Shown: positions 9,072 through 19,020 of the stretch, in pieces | How positions within the stretch are numbered: the stretch's first letter is position 1 | Layout of the letters: the number at the start of each line of letters is the position of its first letter | Sequence record: NC_054934.1 | Strand: one strand, 5' to 3' | Length of the DNA stretch: 64,000 nucleotides | Source: Escherichia phage teqskov | Translations under genes and position numbers: made by a program | The notes under the pieces: model-generated | Seen by the model: only the letters and a program-made list of their open reading frames with translations | What the model was told of the DNA's origin: nothing | Database searches by the model: none

Positions 9072-9306
9072 ATTAAGTTGGTACCAGTTTAAATCTCTTA
9101 TGGCAAATGTTAAAGCTGTCATTCAAGAAAATTCAGGACCTGATAATGTTACTATTCGCGAAAAAGCTTTAAAGATAGTATACAGTCTTGAAGAGATACA
9201 AAAAGATATTGAATCTATGGCAAAATTTATTGATGAGCCTATTAATAAAGTTTATATTCAAGACTATACTGTAGGCCAAATTCGTGATTTAGCGAGGAAA
9301 ATTTAA
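9064..9306 (+). CDS. hypothetical protein (about 80 aa)
   Basis: Paralogue of previous ORF (LEEIQKDI / YTVGQI); ATG with GAGG RBS. Confidence 0.4.
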   Translation: MIELSWYQFKSLMANVKAVIQENSGPDNVTIREKALKIVYSLEEIQKDIESMAKFIDEPINKVYIQDYTVGQIRDLARKI

Positions 9307-9989
9307 TGTTTGATTTTATTATAGATTTTGAAACAATGGGAAGCGGTGAAAAAGCAGCTGTTATTGATTTGGCTGTAATTGCTTTTGACCCTAACCCAGA
9401 AGTAGTTGAATCATTCGATGAACTAGTTTCACGTGGCATTAAAATCAAATTTGATTTAAAAAGCCAAAAAGGACATCGTCTTTTTACTAAAAGCACTATC
9501 GAATGGTGGAAAAATCAGTCTCCTGAAGCTCGAAAAAATATTGCACCATCCGATGAAGATGTAAGCACCATTGATGGTATTGCAAAATTCAACGATTACA
9601 TCAATGCACATAATATCGATCCTTGGAAATCTCAAGGCTGGTGCCGTGGAATGTCGTTTGATTTTCCAATTTTAGTCGATCTCATTCGCGATATTCAACG
9701 TCTTAATGGCGTTTCCGAGAATGAGCTTGATACGTTTAAGTTAGAACCATGTAAATTCTGGAATCAGCGTGATATTCGTACCAGAATTGAAGCACTTCTG
9801 CTTGTTCGTGATATGACCACGTGTCCTCTTCCAAAGGGAACTTTAGATGGATTCGTTGCACATGATTCTATTCATGACTGTGCGAAAGACATCCTGATGA
9901 TGAAGTATGCTTTGCGATACGCTATGGGTCTTGAAGATGCTCCGTCAGAGGAAGATTGCGATCCTCTGTCTCTTCCAACAAAACGATAA
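9306..9989 (+). CDS. dexA: exonuclease A DexA (DEDD-type 3'-5' exonuclease)
   Basis: 227 aa (T4 DexA length); DFETMG and HDSIHDCAKD exonuclease motifs. Confidence 0.85.
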   Translation: MFDFIIDFETMGSGEKAAVIDLAVIAFDPNPEVVESFDELVSRGIKIKFDLKSQKGHRLFTKSTIEWWKNQSPEARKNIAPSDEDVSTIDGIAKFNDYINAHNIDPWKSQGWCRGMSFDFPILVDLIRDIQRLNGVSENELDTFKLEPCKFWNQRDIRTRIEALLLVRDMTTCPLPKGTLDGFVAHDSIHDCAKDILMMKYALRYAMGLEDAPSEEDCDPLSLPTKR

Positions 9990-9995
9990 AAAGTT

Positions 9996-10027
9996 GTTTA
10001 CTTCCTCGGTTAGTTGTGGTATTATAA
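9996..10027 (+). promoter_or_regulatory. early promoter
   Basis: GTTTAC -35, 18-bp spacer, TGGTATTATAA -10 region. Confidence 0.55.
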
Positions 10028-10052
10028 CACCATAGCTACTGAGGATAATAAA

Positions 10053-10565
10053 ATGAAAATTTATCGTGTTGAATCATCGTTTAGCGCATTAAATGATGAT
10101 AGTGGTATAGTCAAAATTAGGCAAGAGTTATGCGTTCAATCAACTCCTTATCGTGGATTTGATTCTATGAAAACTCGAACTTGGCTAAAATTTTGCGGTA
10201 TTAATTCATCGTCATTTCATCATCATAGCGATAATTATGAAAGCCATGAAAGTATTCCTATTCCACACGATGATAAGTTATTAGTTGAAAATGCTAATGA
10301 TGTTATTAAAACTAAATGGAATAAAGATTATTCACGAATTGAAAATTATATTCCATTGTGGTTTATTGCATTATATCATTTTGCTTTCGCTAGCGAATAT
10401 GATATGATGAGATGGTTCACTCGAGAAGAGCGTGAAGACTTAAAAGAACGTGGAATGTACATTGCGATTTATGAAGTGCCAGATGACCAAGTTATCATTG
10501 GCGGACATCAAGTAATGTTCCGCAAATCGCATGCCGAATTAAAAGGCTTTATTACCTTAGATTAA
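10053..10565 (+). CDS. hypothetical early protein (170 aa), in the position of T4 motB
   Basis: ATG at 10053 with GAGGA RBS directly after early promoter; identity with MotB not verifiable. Confidence 0.5.
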   Translation: MKIYRVESSFSALNDDSGIVKIRQELCVQSTPYRGFDSMKTRTWLKFCGINSSSFHHHSDNYESHESIPIPHDDKLLVENANDVIKTKWNKDYSRIENYIPLWFIALYHFAFASEYDMMRWFTREEREDLKERGMYIAIYEVPDDQVIIGGHQVMFRKSHAELKGFITLD

Positions 10566-10575
10566 AGAGAAAATT

Positions 10576-11079
10576 ATGATTAAAAATAATGCTGTTTATC
10601 AATTGAAAAAATTTGATGAAATTAAGAATTTTCCGGTACTGTCTAATACATCTCATAATAAGTTTTGTGAACTTCTTGCTTTAACTGGCGGATATCCTTT
10701 TACTGTTATTAGTGTTAATAGCGGAATTCTTATCGGCATGGTGTATATTGAAATTAGAAACTATTATGGAATGGTGTCATCGCTTATTATTTATGAAAAA
10801 GATTTTAGTCTATTGACAGAAATTGAAAAAGAAGAACAGGAAAAATTCCATATTGATATGGATTTAGTTTCTATGTATGTGGCACCAGTTGAAAAAATTG
10901 AAGACCCGACTGATTTGTTGTGTAAGGCAGTTTATATTCGTCGTCCATTCGCGAATCCGATTGGCGGTTGGGTAACTGACCAGTGGATTGAAGATGGCGT
11001 TGAACTTCTTAATGTAGTTCATGCTGGAGAGTACTCCGTAGTTCCTCGCAGCGCAGTGATTAATGTTCGTGTAAGCTAG
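10576..11079 (+). CDS. hypothetical protein, paralogue A (167 aa)
   Basis: C-terminal module (WVTDQWIEDGVELLNVV) shared with next gene. Confidence 0.55.
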   Translation: MIKNNAVYQLKKFDEIKNFPVLSNTSHNKFCELLALTGGYPFTVISVNSGILIGMVYIEIRNYYGMVSSLIIYEKDFSLLTEIEKEEQEKFHIDMDLVSMYVAPVEKIEDPTDLLCKAVYIRRPFANPIGGWVTDQWIEDGVELLNVVHAGEYSVVPRSAVINVRVS

Positions 11080-11108
11080 TTTACAAACTCTTGGGACCAG
11101 AGTATAAT
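11079..11108 (+). promoter_or_regulatory. early promoter
   Basis: GTTTAC -35 overlapping upstream stop, 18-bp spacer, TATAAT; -10 flanked by inverted repeat GGACCA/TGGTCC. Confidence 0.6.
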
Positions 11109-11152
11109 GGTCCTGCGGAGTATAAAATCTTTTTAACAAGTGAGAGATAATT

Positions 11153-11644
11153 ATGAATATTAATATCGGTGAAATTGCTCGTGTATCTGATAAATCCCGT
11201 TCTAAGGCAGCAGGAAAATTGGTTGAAGTTGTAAGCATTCAGCTTAAACATGGTGTTAAAGATGAAGATTCTGAAGTAAAAGTGCGTATCATTCCTAAAG
11301 ATGGAATGTCTAAACCTCAGTTTGGTTATGTTCGATGGAAATTTCTTGAGCCTGCGTTTTTGAAAGCTGTTCCCGCTAAAGGAATTGAAACGATTGATAC
11401 TTCGCATGTAGGTGTAGATTTTAAGTGGAAACTCGGTCAAGCTATCAAGTTCGTTGCTCCTTATGAGTTTGAATTTACTGAAGGTGAGGAAGGGGTTGTT
11501 AACCGTACTCGTGCTATGTGCGCATACATTACCGATCAGTGGGTAGAAGACGGTGTTAAGCTGTACAACACGGTATTTTTAGGAACATACAAAGTCATTC
11601 CTGAAAGTTGGATTAAACACTACAGCAAAGCTCGCTATGCATAA
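11153..11644 (+). CDS. hypothetical protein, paralogue B (163 aa)
   Basis: C-terminal module (YITDQWVEDGVKLYNTV) shared with 10576..11079; different N-terminal domain. Confidence 0.55.
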   Translation: MNINIGEIARVSDKSRSKAAGKLVEVVSIQLKHGVKDEDSEVKVRIIPKDGMSKPQFGYVRWKFLEPAFLKAVPAKGIETIDTSHVGVDFKWKLGQAIKFVAPYEFEFTEGEEGVVNRTRAMCAYITDQWVEDGVKLYNTVFLGTYKVIPESWIKHYSKARYA

Positions 11645-11664
11645 AGTTTAAATTTTTTTCATAA

Positions 11665-11705
11665 AACTATATACATCAGTAGTTGATTATGGTACTATAT
11701 CAATA
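11665..11705 (+). promoter_or_regulatory. probable early promoter (-10 region only)
   Basis: TGGTACTATATCAA -10/start region conserved with other promoters here; no clear GTTTAC -35. Confidence 0.4.
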
Positions 11706-11741
11706 TCAACTACTGATACAGAAAACAACTTGGAGAATAAA

Positions 11742-12011
11742 ATGGAAAACTTAATTATCATCGAGCAATCTTTTAACGATTATGGTATGGCTTACGGTTA
11801 TCGTGCGATAATGGAAGATTCTCGTGGATGTGTTATCGATATTGCTGAATGTAAAGATTTACTGCAGCTTTTGAAGATTGTTCGTAAAAATTGGGATTGT
11901 GAAAATATTAAAGTTCGAGTTGTTACAGAAGAAGAAACTGTTTTTCATGATGTAAAATTCGCTAAAGGTGCTGCTACTCTTCTGAAACGTATCGCTCCAA
12001 TGTTTAATTAA
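11742..12011 (+). CDS. hypothetical protein (89 aa)
   Basis: ATG at 11742 with GGAGAA RBS (ORF-track start 11730 is TTG). Confidence 0.5.
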   Translation: MENLIIIEQSFNDYGMAYGYRAIMEDSRGCVIDIAECKDLLQLLKIVRKNWDCENIKVRVVTEEETVFHDVKFAKGAATLLKRIAPMFN

Positions 12012-12024
12012 TGAGGAAATTGTA

Positions 12025-12240
12025 ATGAAACGTAAAATTGTTCAGAATTGCACTAATGACGAATTTGAAGATGTATTATTTGATCCAGATTTGGTAGTGG
12101 TTCAAAAGGAACATACCGTTAAGTTTACTCACTTGACTTCGGTTTATGTGTATGAGAAAGTCGGTGATAAACAACCAATTTATGGTGTATTTCGTGAAAT
12201 TACTGAAGATGGAACAACTTACTGGAAGGAAATTTATTAA
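12025..12240 (+). CDS. hypothetical protein (71 aa), same size and position as T4 Cef
   Basis: ATG with GAGGAAA RBS; identity inferred only from length and synteny. Confidence 0.5.
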   Translation: MKRKIVQNCTNDEFEDVLFDPDLVVVQKEHTVKFTHLTSVYVYEKVGDKQPIYGVFREITEDGTTYWKEIY

Positions 12241-12665
12241 TGGCTATTAAATTTGAAGTTAATAAATGGTATCAATTTAAAAATAAACAAGCTCAAGAAA
12301 AATTTATTAAATATCATACTGAAAACGGAATTTATGCACGACGTTTAGGTATGGAACCTTTTAGAGTTACAGATATTGACTATCTTGGTCGTCCTACTAA
12401 ACTTGTGACATCTAGTGGAAAATTGGCGTTATCTTCTGGTAAAGATATTTTGGATGAAGATTTTATCTGGCTTTCAGCGAGCGAAGCTGAGTTCTTTAAT
12501 GAAGTGGAAAATCCATACCAGGCAGCCGAAGAGCAAGAGCAGGAAGAGAAAGAGCAAGAACAGATAGAAGATTTCATAGAATTCCCGGTCATGAAAGTTA
12601 CTATTGAAAATAATGAACAGGCATGGTCCTTGTATCAGATGTTGAAAGCACATTTTAAGGAATAA
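12240..12665 (+). CDS. hypothetical protein (141 aa) with acidic [11 protein letters not shown] tract, same size and position as T4 GoF
   Basis: TAATG overlap with upstream gene; identity inferred only from length and synteny. Confidence 0.5.
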   Translation: MAIKFEVNKWYQFKNKQAQEKFIKYHTENGIYARRLGMEPFRVTDIDYLGRPTKLVTSSGKLALSSGKDILDEDFIWLSASEAEFFNEVENPYQAAEEQEQEEKEQEQIEDFIEFPVMKVTIENNEQAWSLYQMLKAHFKE

Positions 12666-12667
12666 TT

Positions 12668-12844
12668 ATGCCAATGTATGATTATAAATGCCAATCCGAA
12701 GATTGCGGGCATGAATATGAAAAAATTAAAAAGATTTCTGAACGAGAAAATGATGTTTGCCCTAAATGTCATCGTCTGTCTACTCGTCGGCCTTCTGCTC
12801 CTAAGCATGTGAATGGTGGATTTTACGACTTACTTAAGGGATAA
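12668..12844 (+). CDS. FmdB-type zinc-ribbon protein (58 aa)
   Basis: MPMYDYKCQSEDCGHEYE...CPKCH matches the FmdB/Zn-ribbon signature (MPxYxYxCxxCG...CPxC). Confidence 0.6.
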   Translation: MPMYDYKCQSEDCGHEYEKIKKISERENDVCPKCHRLSTRRPSAPKHVNGGFYDLLKG

Positions 12845-12846
12845 TT

Positions 12847-13218
12847 ATGTTTAAAATCGGTAAGAAATATCGTATTCGCGAAGGTGAAGAACAGAAATAT
12901 CTACTTTCTGCTATTTATAGGAATGGTTCTATTAGTAATGTAATATCTACAAGCGAATTTATCGTTGAAGATATGAAAGGTCATAATGTTACAATGATTA
13001 GTACAGCATCTGGAAATGATGGAAAAATTCTTCATAGTTGTCAGAGTAATGTTCTAATTTATGATGAAGAATTTGACTTCTTCAAAGAAGTTTCCGAAGA
13101 TTTTGATTTTGAATGCACTATCACTATGAAATCTGGCGATCCTCTTTCTTTTACAGTTAAAGATGAAAGAAGCCGTTTAAGAATTATTAGTCTTCTTCAA
13201 GCCATTAAATTTAAGTGA
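12847..13218 (+). CDS. hypothetical protein (123 aa)
   Basis: ATG with RBS; no recognised motif. Confidence 0.5.
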   Translation: MFKIGKKYRIREGEEQKYLLSAIYRNGSISNVISTSEFIVEDMKGHNVTMISTASGNDGKILHSCQSNVLIYDEEFDFFKEVSEDFDFECTITMKSGDPLSFTVKDERSRLRIISLLQAIKFK

Positions 13219-13223
13219 AAACT

Positions 13224-13484
13224 ATGAAATATATTAATCGTTCTATCGCAGCATTAGTATTAGCAGTGTCTTTAGTAGGATGTACTGATGCTGATAATGC
13301 AACCAAAGTTTTGTCTTCAAGTGGTTTTACTAATATTGAAATCACTGGATATAACTGGTTCGGTTGCTCTGAAAATGATTTCCAACATACTGGATTTCGT
13401 GCTATTGGACCTACCGGGCAGAAAGTAGAAGGAACAGTATGTTCTGGTCTATTCTTCAAAGATTCGACTATCCGTTTTAAATAA
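13224..13484 (+). CDS. putative lipoprotein (86 aa)
   Basis: Signal peptide with lipobox LVGC (MKYINRSIAALVLAVSLVGC); ATG at 13224 (ORF-track start is GTG). Confidence 0.55.
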   Translation: MKYINRSIAALVLAVSLVGCTDADNATKVLSSSGFTNIEITGYNWFGCSENDFQHTGFRAIGPTGQKVEGTVCSGLFFKDSTIRFK

Positions 13485-13502
13485 AAGGCCTTCGGGCCTT
13501 TA
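13485..13502 (+). terminator. hairpin terminator (UUCG loop), weak T-tract
   Basis: AGGCCTTCGGGCCT immediately after stop. Confidence 0.5.
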
Positions 13503-13526
13503 GCTTTATGATTACCGGAGTATAAT
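13502..13526 (+). promoter_or_regulatory. candidate middle promoter (MotA box + -10) for gene 39
   Basis: aGCTTTA about 18-20 bp upstream of TATAAT; no -35 element. Confidence 0.4.
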
Positions 13527-13553
13527 ATTCCCGAAACCAAACGAGGATAAGTG

Positions 13554-15371
13554 ATGATTAAGAATGAAATTAAAATTCTGAGCGATATTGAACATATCAA
13601 AAAGCGTAGCGGCATGTATATTGGCTCTTCTGCTAATGAAATGCATGAGCGCTTTCTGTTTGGTAAATGGGAAAGTGTTCAGTATGTACCTGGTCTTGTT
13701 AAGCTTATTGATGAAATTATCGATAACTCAGTAGATGAAGGTATTCGTACTAAGTTTAAATTCGCAAATAAAATTAATGTTACTATTAAAAACAATCAAG
13801 TAACAGTTGAAGATAACGGTCGCGGTATTCCACAAGCGATGGTTAAAACACCTACCGGTGAAGAAATTCCTGGTCCTGTTGCCGCATGGACTATTCCAAA
13901 AGCAGGTGGTAACTTCGGTGATGATAAAGAACGCGTCACTGGCGGTATGAACGGTGTTGGTTCTAGTTTGACAAACATTTTTTCTGTGATGTTTGTCGGT
14001 GAAACTGGCGATGGTCAAAATAATATTGTAGTTCGTTGCTCAAATGGCATGGAAAATAAATCATGGGAAGATATTCCTGGAAAATGGAAAGGAACCCGTG
14101 TTACTTTCATTCCTGATTTTATGTCATTTGAAACTAATGAGCTGTCCCAAGTTTATCTTGACATTACATTAGATCGTCTCCAGACACTTGCTGTTGTTTA
14201 TCCTGATATTCAATTTACCTTTAATGGTAAAAAGGTTCAGGGCAATTTTAAGAAATATGCACGCCAATATGATGAGCATGCTATCGTTCAAGAACAAGAA
14301 AATTGTTCTATTGCGGTTGGTCGTTCACCGGATGGATTTCGTCAATTAACTTATGTGAATAACATCCACACTAAGAATGGTGGCCATCACATTGACTGTG
14401 TTATGGATGATATTTGTGAAGACCTTATTCCACAAATCAAACGTAAGTTCAAAATTGATGTAACTAAAGCACGTGTCAAAGAATGTTTGACTATCGTTAT
14501 GTTTGTTCGTGATATGAAAAACATGCGATTTGATTCTCAAACTAAAGAGCGTTTGACTTCTCCATTTGGTGAAATCCGTAGTCATATTCAACTTGATGCT
14601 AAAAAGATTTCACGCGCTATTCTAAATAATGAAGCAATTTTGATGCCAATTATTGAAGCAGCATTAGCTCGTAAATTGGCAGCAGAAAAAGCAGCAGAAA
14701 CTAAAGCAGCTAAAAAGGCTTCTAAAGCTAAGGTTCATAAACATATCAAAGCGAATCTTTGTGGTAAAGATGCTGATACTACACTATTCTTAACTGAGGG
14801 CGATTCTGCTATCGGATATCTTATTGATGTTCGTGATAAAGAACTTCATGGTGGTTATCCATTGCGCGGTAAAGTTCTCAACAGTTGGGGTATGTCTTAT
14901 GCAGATATGCTTAAAAACAAAGAATTATTTGATATTTGCGCAATCACTGGATTAGTTCTTGGTGAAAAAGCTGAAAACTTGAATTATCATAATATTGCTA
15001 TTATGACTGATGCTGACCATGATGGTCTAGGAAGCATTTATCCTTCTCTGCTCGGGTTTTTTAGTAATTGGCCAGAATTGTTTGAGCAAGGACGAATTCG
15101 CTTTGTCAAAACTCCTGTAATCATCGCTCAGGTCGGTAAAAAACAAGAATGGTTTTACACAGTCGCTGAATATGAGAGTGCCAAAGATGCTCTACCTAAA
15201 CATAGTATCCGTTATATTAAGGGACTTGGCTCTTTGGAAAAATCTGAATATCGTGAGATGATTCAAAATCCAGTATATGATGTTGTTAAACTTCCTGAGA
15301 ACTGGAAAGAGCTTTTTGAAATGCTCATGGGAGATAATGCTGACCTTCGTAAAGAATGGATGAGCCAGTAG
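13554..15371 (+). CDS. 39: DNA topoisomerase II large (ATPase, GyrB-like) subunit, fused gp39+gp60 form
   Basis: 605 aa uninterrupted ORF from ATG 13554; GHKL ATPase N-terminus; T4 splits this into 39 (516 aa) and 60. Confidence 0.9.
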   Translation: MIKNEIKILSDIEHIKKRSGMYIGSSANEMHERFLFGKWESVQYVPGLVKLIDEIIDNSVDEGIRTKFKFANKINVTIKNNQVTVEDNGRGIPQAMVKTPTGEEIPGPVAAWTIPKAGGNFGDDKERVTGGMNGVGSSLTNIFSVMFVGETGDGQNNIVVRCSNGMENKSWEDIPGKWKGTRVTFIPDFMSFETNELSQVYLDITLDRLQTLAVVYPDIQFTFNGKKVQGNFKKYARQYDEHAIVQEQENCSIAVGRSPDGFRQLTYVNNIHTKNGGHHIDCVMDDICEDLIPQIKRKFKIDVTKARVKECLTIVMFVRDMKNMRFDSQTKERLTSPFGEIRSHIQLDAKKISRAILNNEAILMPIIEAALARKLAAEKAAETKAAKKASKAKVHKHIKANLCGKDADTTLFLTEGDSAIGYLIDVRDKELHGGYPLRGKVLNSWGMSYADMLKNKELFDICAITGLVLGEKAENLNYHNIAIMTDADHDGLGSIYPSLLGFFSNWPELFEQGRIRFVKTPVIIAQVGKKQEWFYTVAEYESAKDALPKHSIRYIKGLGSLEKSEYREMIQNPVYDVVKLPENWKELFEMLMGDNADLRKEWMSQ

Positions 15372-15400
15372 TTTACTTTACCACAAGGATGTGGTATAAT
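15371..15400 (+). promoter_or_regulatory. early promoter
   Basis: GTTTAC -35, 18-bp spacer, TGTGGTATAAT extended -10. Confidence 0.6.
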
Positions 15401-15425
15401 TAATTGGGCAAATGAGGATATTGAA

Positions 15426-15629
15426 ATGAAATCATATAGAGTAAATTTAGAACTTTTTGATAAAGCAGTTCATCGAGAATATAGAATCATTCAACGCTTT
15501 TTCGATATGGGAGAAGCCGAAGAATTTAAAAACCGCTTTAAAGATATTAGAGATAAAATTCAATCCGACACTGCAACTAAAGATGAACTACTAGAAGTTG
15601 CTGAAGTTATTAAGCGTAATATGAATTAA
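15426..15629 (+). CDS. hypothetical protein (67 aa)
   Basis: ATG with GAGGA RBS; charged helical sequence. Confidence 0.5.
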   Translation: MKSYRVNLELFDKAVHREYRIIQRFFDMGEAEEFKNRFKDIRDKIQSDTATKDELLEVAEVIKRNMN

Positions 15630-15639
15630 TGAGGAAATT

Positions 15640-17817
15640 ATGATTATCACCACTGAAAAAGAAACAATTCTTGGCAATGGTTCTAAATCAAAAGCATTTA
15701 GCATCGCAGCAAATCCTAAAGTATTTAAAATTCTATCATCTGATTTGTATACAAACAAGATTCGCGCAGTAGTCCGTGAATTGATTACCAACATGATTGA
15801 TGCCCATGCTCTTAATGGAAATCCTGAAAAATTTATCATTCAAGTTCCAGGACGATTAGATCCACGATTTGTTTGTCGAGATTTTGGTCCGGGTATGAGT
15901 GATTTTGATATTCAGGGTGATGATAATTCTCCTGGTCTGTATAATTCATACTTCAGTTCATCTAAGGCTGAATCTAATGATTTCATTGGCGGATTTGGTT
16001 TAGGTTCTAAATCTCCGTTTAGTTATACTGATACGTTTAGTATTACTTCGTATCATAAAGGTGAAATTCGTGGTTATGTAGCTTACATGGATGGCGATGG
16101 TCCACAAATTAAACCTACATTCGTAAAAGAAATGGGTCCAAATGATAAAACTGGTATTGAAATCGTAGTTCCAGTTGAAGAAAAAGACTTTAGAAACTTT
16201 GCTTATGAAGTTTCTTATATCATGCGACCATTCAAAGATTTGGCTATCATTAATGGTCTTGACCGCGAAATTGATTATTTTCCGGATTTTGATGATTATT
16301 ATGGCGTAAATCCAGAAAGATACTGGCCTGATCGCGGTGGATTATATGCTATCTATGGCGGTATTGTTTATCCTATCGATGGTGTTATTAGAGACCGTAA
16401 CTGGCTAAGCATTCGCAATGAAGTGAATTACATTAAGTTTCCAATGGGTTCACTTGATATTGCTCCATCTCGCGAGGCTCTTTCACTAGATGATCGCACT
16501 CGTAAAAATATCATTGAACGAGTTAAAGAACTCAGTGAGAAAGCATTTAATGAAGATGTAAAACGATTTAAAGAATCTACATCGCCTCGTCACACATATC
16601 GTGAATTGATGAAGATGGGGTATTCTGCTCGAGATTATATGATTAGTAATTCAGTCAAATTCACGACTAAAAATCTGTCATATAAGAAAATGCAGAGCAT
16701 GTTTGAACCTGACAGTAAGTTATGTAATGCAGGAGTTGTGTATGAAGTAAATCTTGACCCTCGACTGAAGCGCATTAAGCAAAGTCATGAAACATCAGCC
16801 GTTGCGTCAAGTTATCGTCTGTTTGGTATTAATACAACAAAAATTAATATCGTTATTGATAATATTAAAAATCGTGTTAATATTGTCCGTGGATTAGCAC
16901 ATGCGCTAGATGATAGTGAATTTAATAACACTTTAAATATTCATCACAATGAGCGTCTTCTATTTATTAATCCGGAAGTAGAATCGCAGATTGATTTACT
17001 ACCTGATATTATGGCAATGTTTGAAAGTGATGAAGTTAACATTCATTATTTGTCAGAAATTGAAGCTTTAGTTAAAAGCTATATTCCAAAGGTAGTTAAA
17101 AGTAAAGCTCCTCGTCCTAAAGCTGCTACAGCATTTAAGTTTGAAATTAAAGACGGGCGCTGGGAAAAAGAGGAATTATTTACGCTCACATCAGAAGCAG
17201 ATGAAATTACTGGTTATGTAGCGTATATGCATCGTTCTGATATTTTCTCTATGGATGGTACTACATCTCTTTGTCATCCATCTATGAATATTTTGATTCG
17301 TATGGCTAATCTTATTGGCATTAATGAATTTTATGTTATTCGTCCGCTTTTACAGAAAAAGGTAAAAGAACTCGGTCAGTGCCAATGTATTTTTGAAGCT
17401 TTGCGTGATTTATATGTAGATGCTTTTGATGATGTAGATTATGATAAGTACGTAGGTTATTCAAGTTCAGCTCAACGATATATTGATAAAATTATCAAGT
17501 ATCCTGAACTAGATTTTATGATGAAGTACTTCAGTACAGATGAAGTTTCTGAAGAATATACACGACTCGCTAATATAGTTAGTTCATTACGGGGCGTATA
17601 TTTCAATGGTGGAAAAGATACCATCGGTCATGACATCTGGACAGTAACTAATCTTTTTGATGTATTATCAAATAATGCTTCAAAAAACAGTGATAAAATG
17701 GTTGCTGAGTTTACCAAGAAATTCCGTATTGTTTCCGACTTCATCGGATATCGCAACTCTTTAAGTGATGATGAAGTTTCTCAAATCGCTAAAACTATGA
17801 AGGCCCTTGCGGCCTAA
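15640..17817 (+). CDS. rIIA: rIIA protein
   Basis: 725 aa (T4 RIIA length); upstream of rIIB; sequence recognised. Confidence 0.9.
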   Translation: MIITTEKETILGNGSKSKAFSIAANPKVFKILSSDLYTNKIRAVVRELITNMIDAHALNGNPEKFIIQVPGRLDPRFVCRDFGPGMSDFDIQGDDNSPGLYNSYFSSSKAESNDFIGGFGLGSKSPFSYTDTFSITSYHKGEIRGYVAYMDGDGPQIKPTFVKEMGPNDKTGIEIVVPVEEKDFRNFAYEVSYIMRPFKDLAIINGLDREIDYFPDFDDYYGVNPERYWPDRGGLYAIYGGIVYPIDGVIRDRNWLSIRNEVNYIKFPMGSLDIAPSREALSLDDRTRKNIIERVKELSEKAFNEDVKRFKESTSPRHTYRELMKMGYSARDYMISNSVKFTTKNLSYKKMQSMFEPDSKLCNAGVVYEVNLDPRLKRIKQSHETSAVASSYRLFGINTTKINIVIDNIKNRVNIVRGLAHALDDSEFNNTLNIHHNERLLFINPEVESQIDLLPDIMAMFESDEVNIHYLSEIEALVKSYIPKVVKSKAPRPKAATAFKFEIKDGRWEKEELFTLTSEADEITGYVAYMHRSDIFSMDGTTSLCHPSMNILIRMANLIGINEFYVIRPLLQKKVKELGQCQCIFEALRDLYVDAFDDVDYDKYVGYSSSAQRYIDKIIKYPELDFMMKYFSTDEVSEEYTRLANIVSSLRGVYFNGGKDTIGHDIWTVTNLFDVLSNNASKNSDKMVAEFTKKFRIVSDFIGYRNSLSDDEVSQIAKTMKALAA

Positions 17818-17828
17818 TAAGGAAAATT

Positions 17829-18767
17829 ATGTACAATATTAAATGCCTGACCAAAAACGAACAAGCTGAAATTGTTAAACTGTATTCAAGTGGTAATTAC
17901 ACTCAGCAGGAATTAGCTTATTGGAAGGATGTATCGGTTGACACAATCCGTCGTGTTTTGAAAAATGCTGAAGAAGCTAAACGCCCTAAAGTTACTATTA
18001 GCGGTGATATTACAGTTAAAGTTAATAGCGATGCAGTTATTGCTCCAGTTGCTAAATCTGACATTATTTGGAATGCATCTAAAAAATTCATTTCAATTAC
18101 TGTTGATGGCGTAACTTATAACGCAACTCCTAATACTCATTCAAACTTCCAGGAAATTCTTAATCTGCTTGTAGCGGATAAGCTGGAAGAAGCTGCGCAA
18201 AAAATTAATGTTCGGCGCGCTGTTGAAAAATATATTTCCGGCGATGTTCGAATTGAAGGCGGAAGCTTGTTCTATCAAAATATCGAATTACGGTCTGGTT
18301 TAGTTGATCGTATTCTCGATTCGATGGAAAAAGGTGAAAACTTTGAATTTTATTTTCCGTTCTTGGAAAATCTGCTGGAAAACCCAAGCCAGAAAGCGGT
18401 ATCTCGACTCTTTGATTTCTTGGTAGCAAACGATATTGAAATTACAGAAGATGGTTACTTCTATGCTTGGAAAGTAGTTCGTGACAACTACTTTGACTGT
18501 CACTCAAACACCTTTGATAACAGTCCTGGTAAAGTAGTTAAAATGCCGCGTACTCGTGTGAATGACGATGATACACAAACTTGTTCTCGTGGTCTGCATG
18601 TGTGTTCTAAATCTTATATTCGTCACTTTGGCAGTTCAACCAGCCGAGTTGTAAAAGTTAAAGTACATCCACGTGATGTAGTATCAATTCCGATTGATTA
18701 CAACGATGCTAAAATGCGTACCTGCCAATACGAAGTAGTTGAAGACGTTACTGAACAATTTAAATAA
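17829..18767 (+). CDS. rIIB: rIIB protein
   Basis: 312 aa (T4 RIIB length); directly downstream of rIIA. Confidence 0.88.
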   Translation: MYNIKCLTKNEQAEIVKLYSSGNYTQQELAYWKDVSVDTIRRVLKNAEEAKRPKVTISGDITVKVNSDAVIAPVAKSDIIWNASKKFISITVDGVTYNATPNTHSNFQEILNLLVADKLEEAAQKINVRRAVEKYISGDVRIEGGSLFYQNIELRSGLVDRILDSMEKGENFEFYFPFLENLLENPSQKAVSRLFDFLVANDIEITEDGYFYAWKVVRDNYFDCHSNTFDNSPGKVVKMPRTRVNDDDTQTCSRGLHVCSKSYIRHFGSSTSRVVKVKVHPRDVVSIPIDYNDAKMRTCQYEVVEDVTEQFK

Positions 18768-18785
18768 GGGCTTCGGCCCTTATCA
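18766..18785 (+). terminator. hairpin terminator (UUCG loop), weak T-tract
   Basis: AAGGGCTTCGGCCCTT overlapping rIIB stop. Confidence 0.5.
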
Positions 18786-18799
18786 TATTAAGGAAAATT

Positions 18800-18994
18800 A
18801 TGTTAGGTTATCAAGCACGAGTAAAAGAAGAATACGATCAATTAATGCTCAAAATTAATGCACTGAGCAAATTTTTAGAAAGCACAAAGTTTCTAACGGT
18901 TAGTGCAGTTGAGCAAGAACTGCTGCTTTCACAGTTCATCTCAATGAAATCTTATGCTGAGTGTCTAGAGAAAAGAATCGCACAATTCAAATAA
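18800..18994 (+). CDS. hypothetical protein (64 aa)
   Basis: ATG with AGGAAA RBS; bracketed by two terminator hairpins. Confidence 0.5.
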   Translation: MLGYQARVKEEYDQLMLKINALSKFLESTKFLTVSAVEQELLLSQFISMKSYAECLEKRIAQFK

Positions 18995-18997
18995 AAT

Positions 18998-19020
18998 AAG
19001 GGCTTCGGCCCTTTTGTTTT
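18998..19020 (+). terminator. rho-independent terminator
   Basis: AAGGGCTTCGGCCCTT followed by TTTTGTTTT. Confidence 0.7.

Noticed and set aside
10864-11440. Two minus-strand ORFs (124 and 119 aa) across the paralogue pair
   Set aside because: Antisense to plus-strand genes that have RBSs, a promoter between them and paralogous sequence; no start signals.
13211-13615. 134-aa minus-strand ORF spanning the lipoprotein gene and the gene 39 start
   Set aside because: Runs through a terminator hairpin and a promoter; overlaps two better-supported plus-strand genes.
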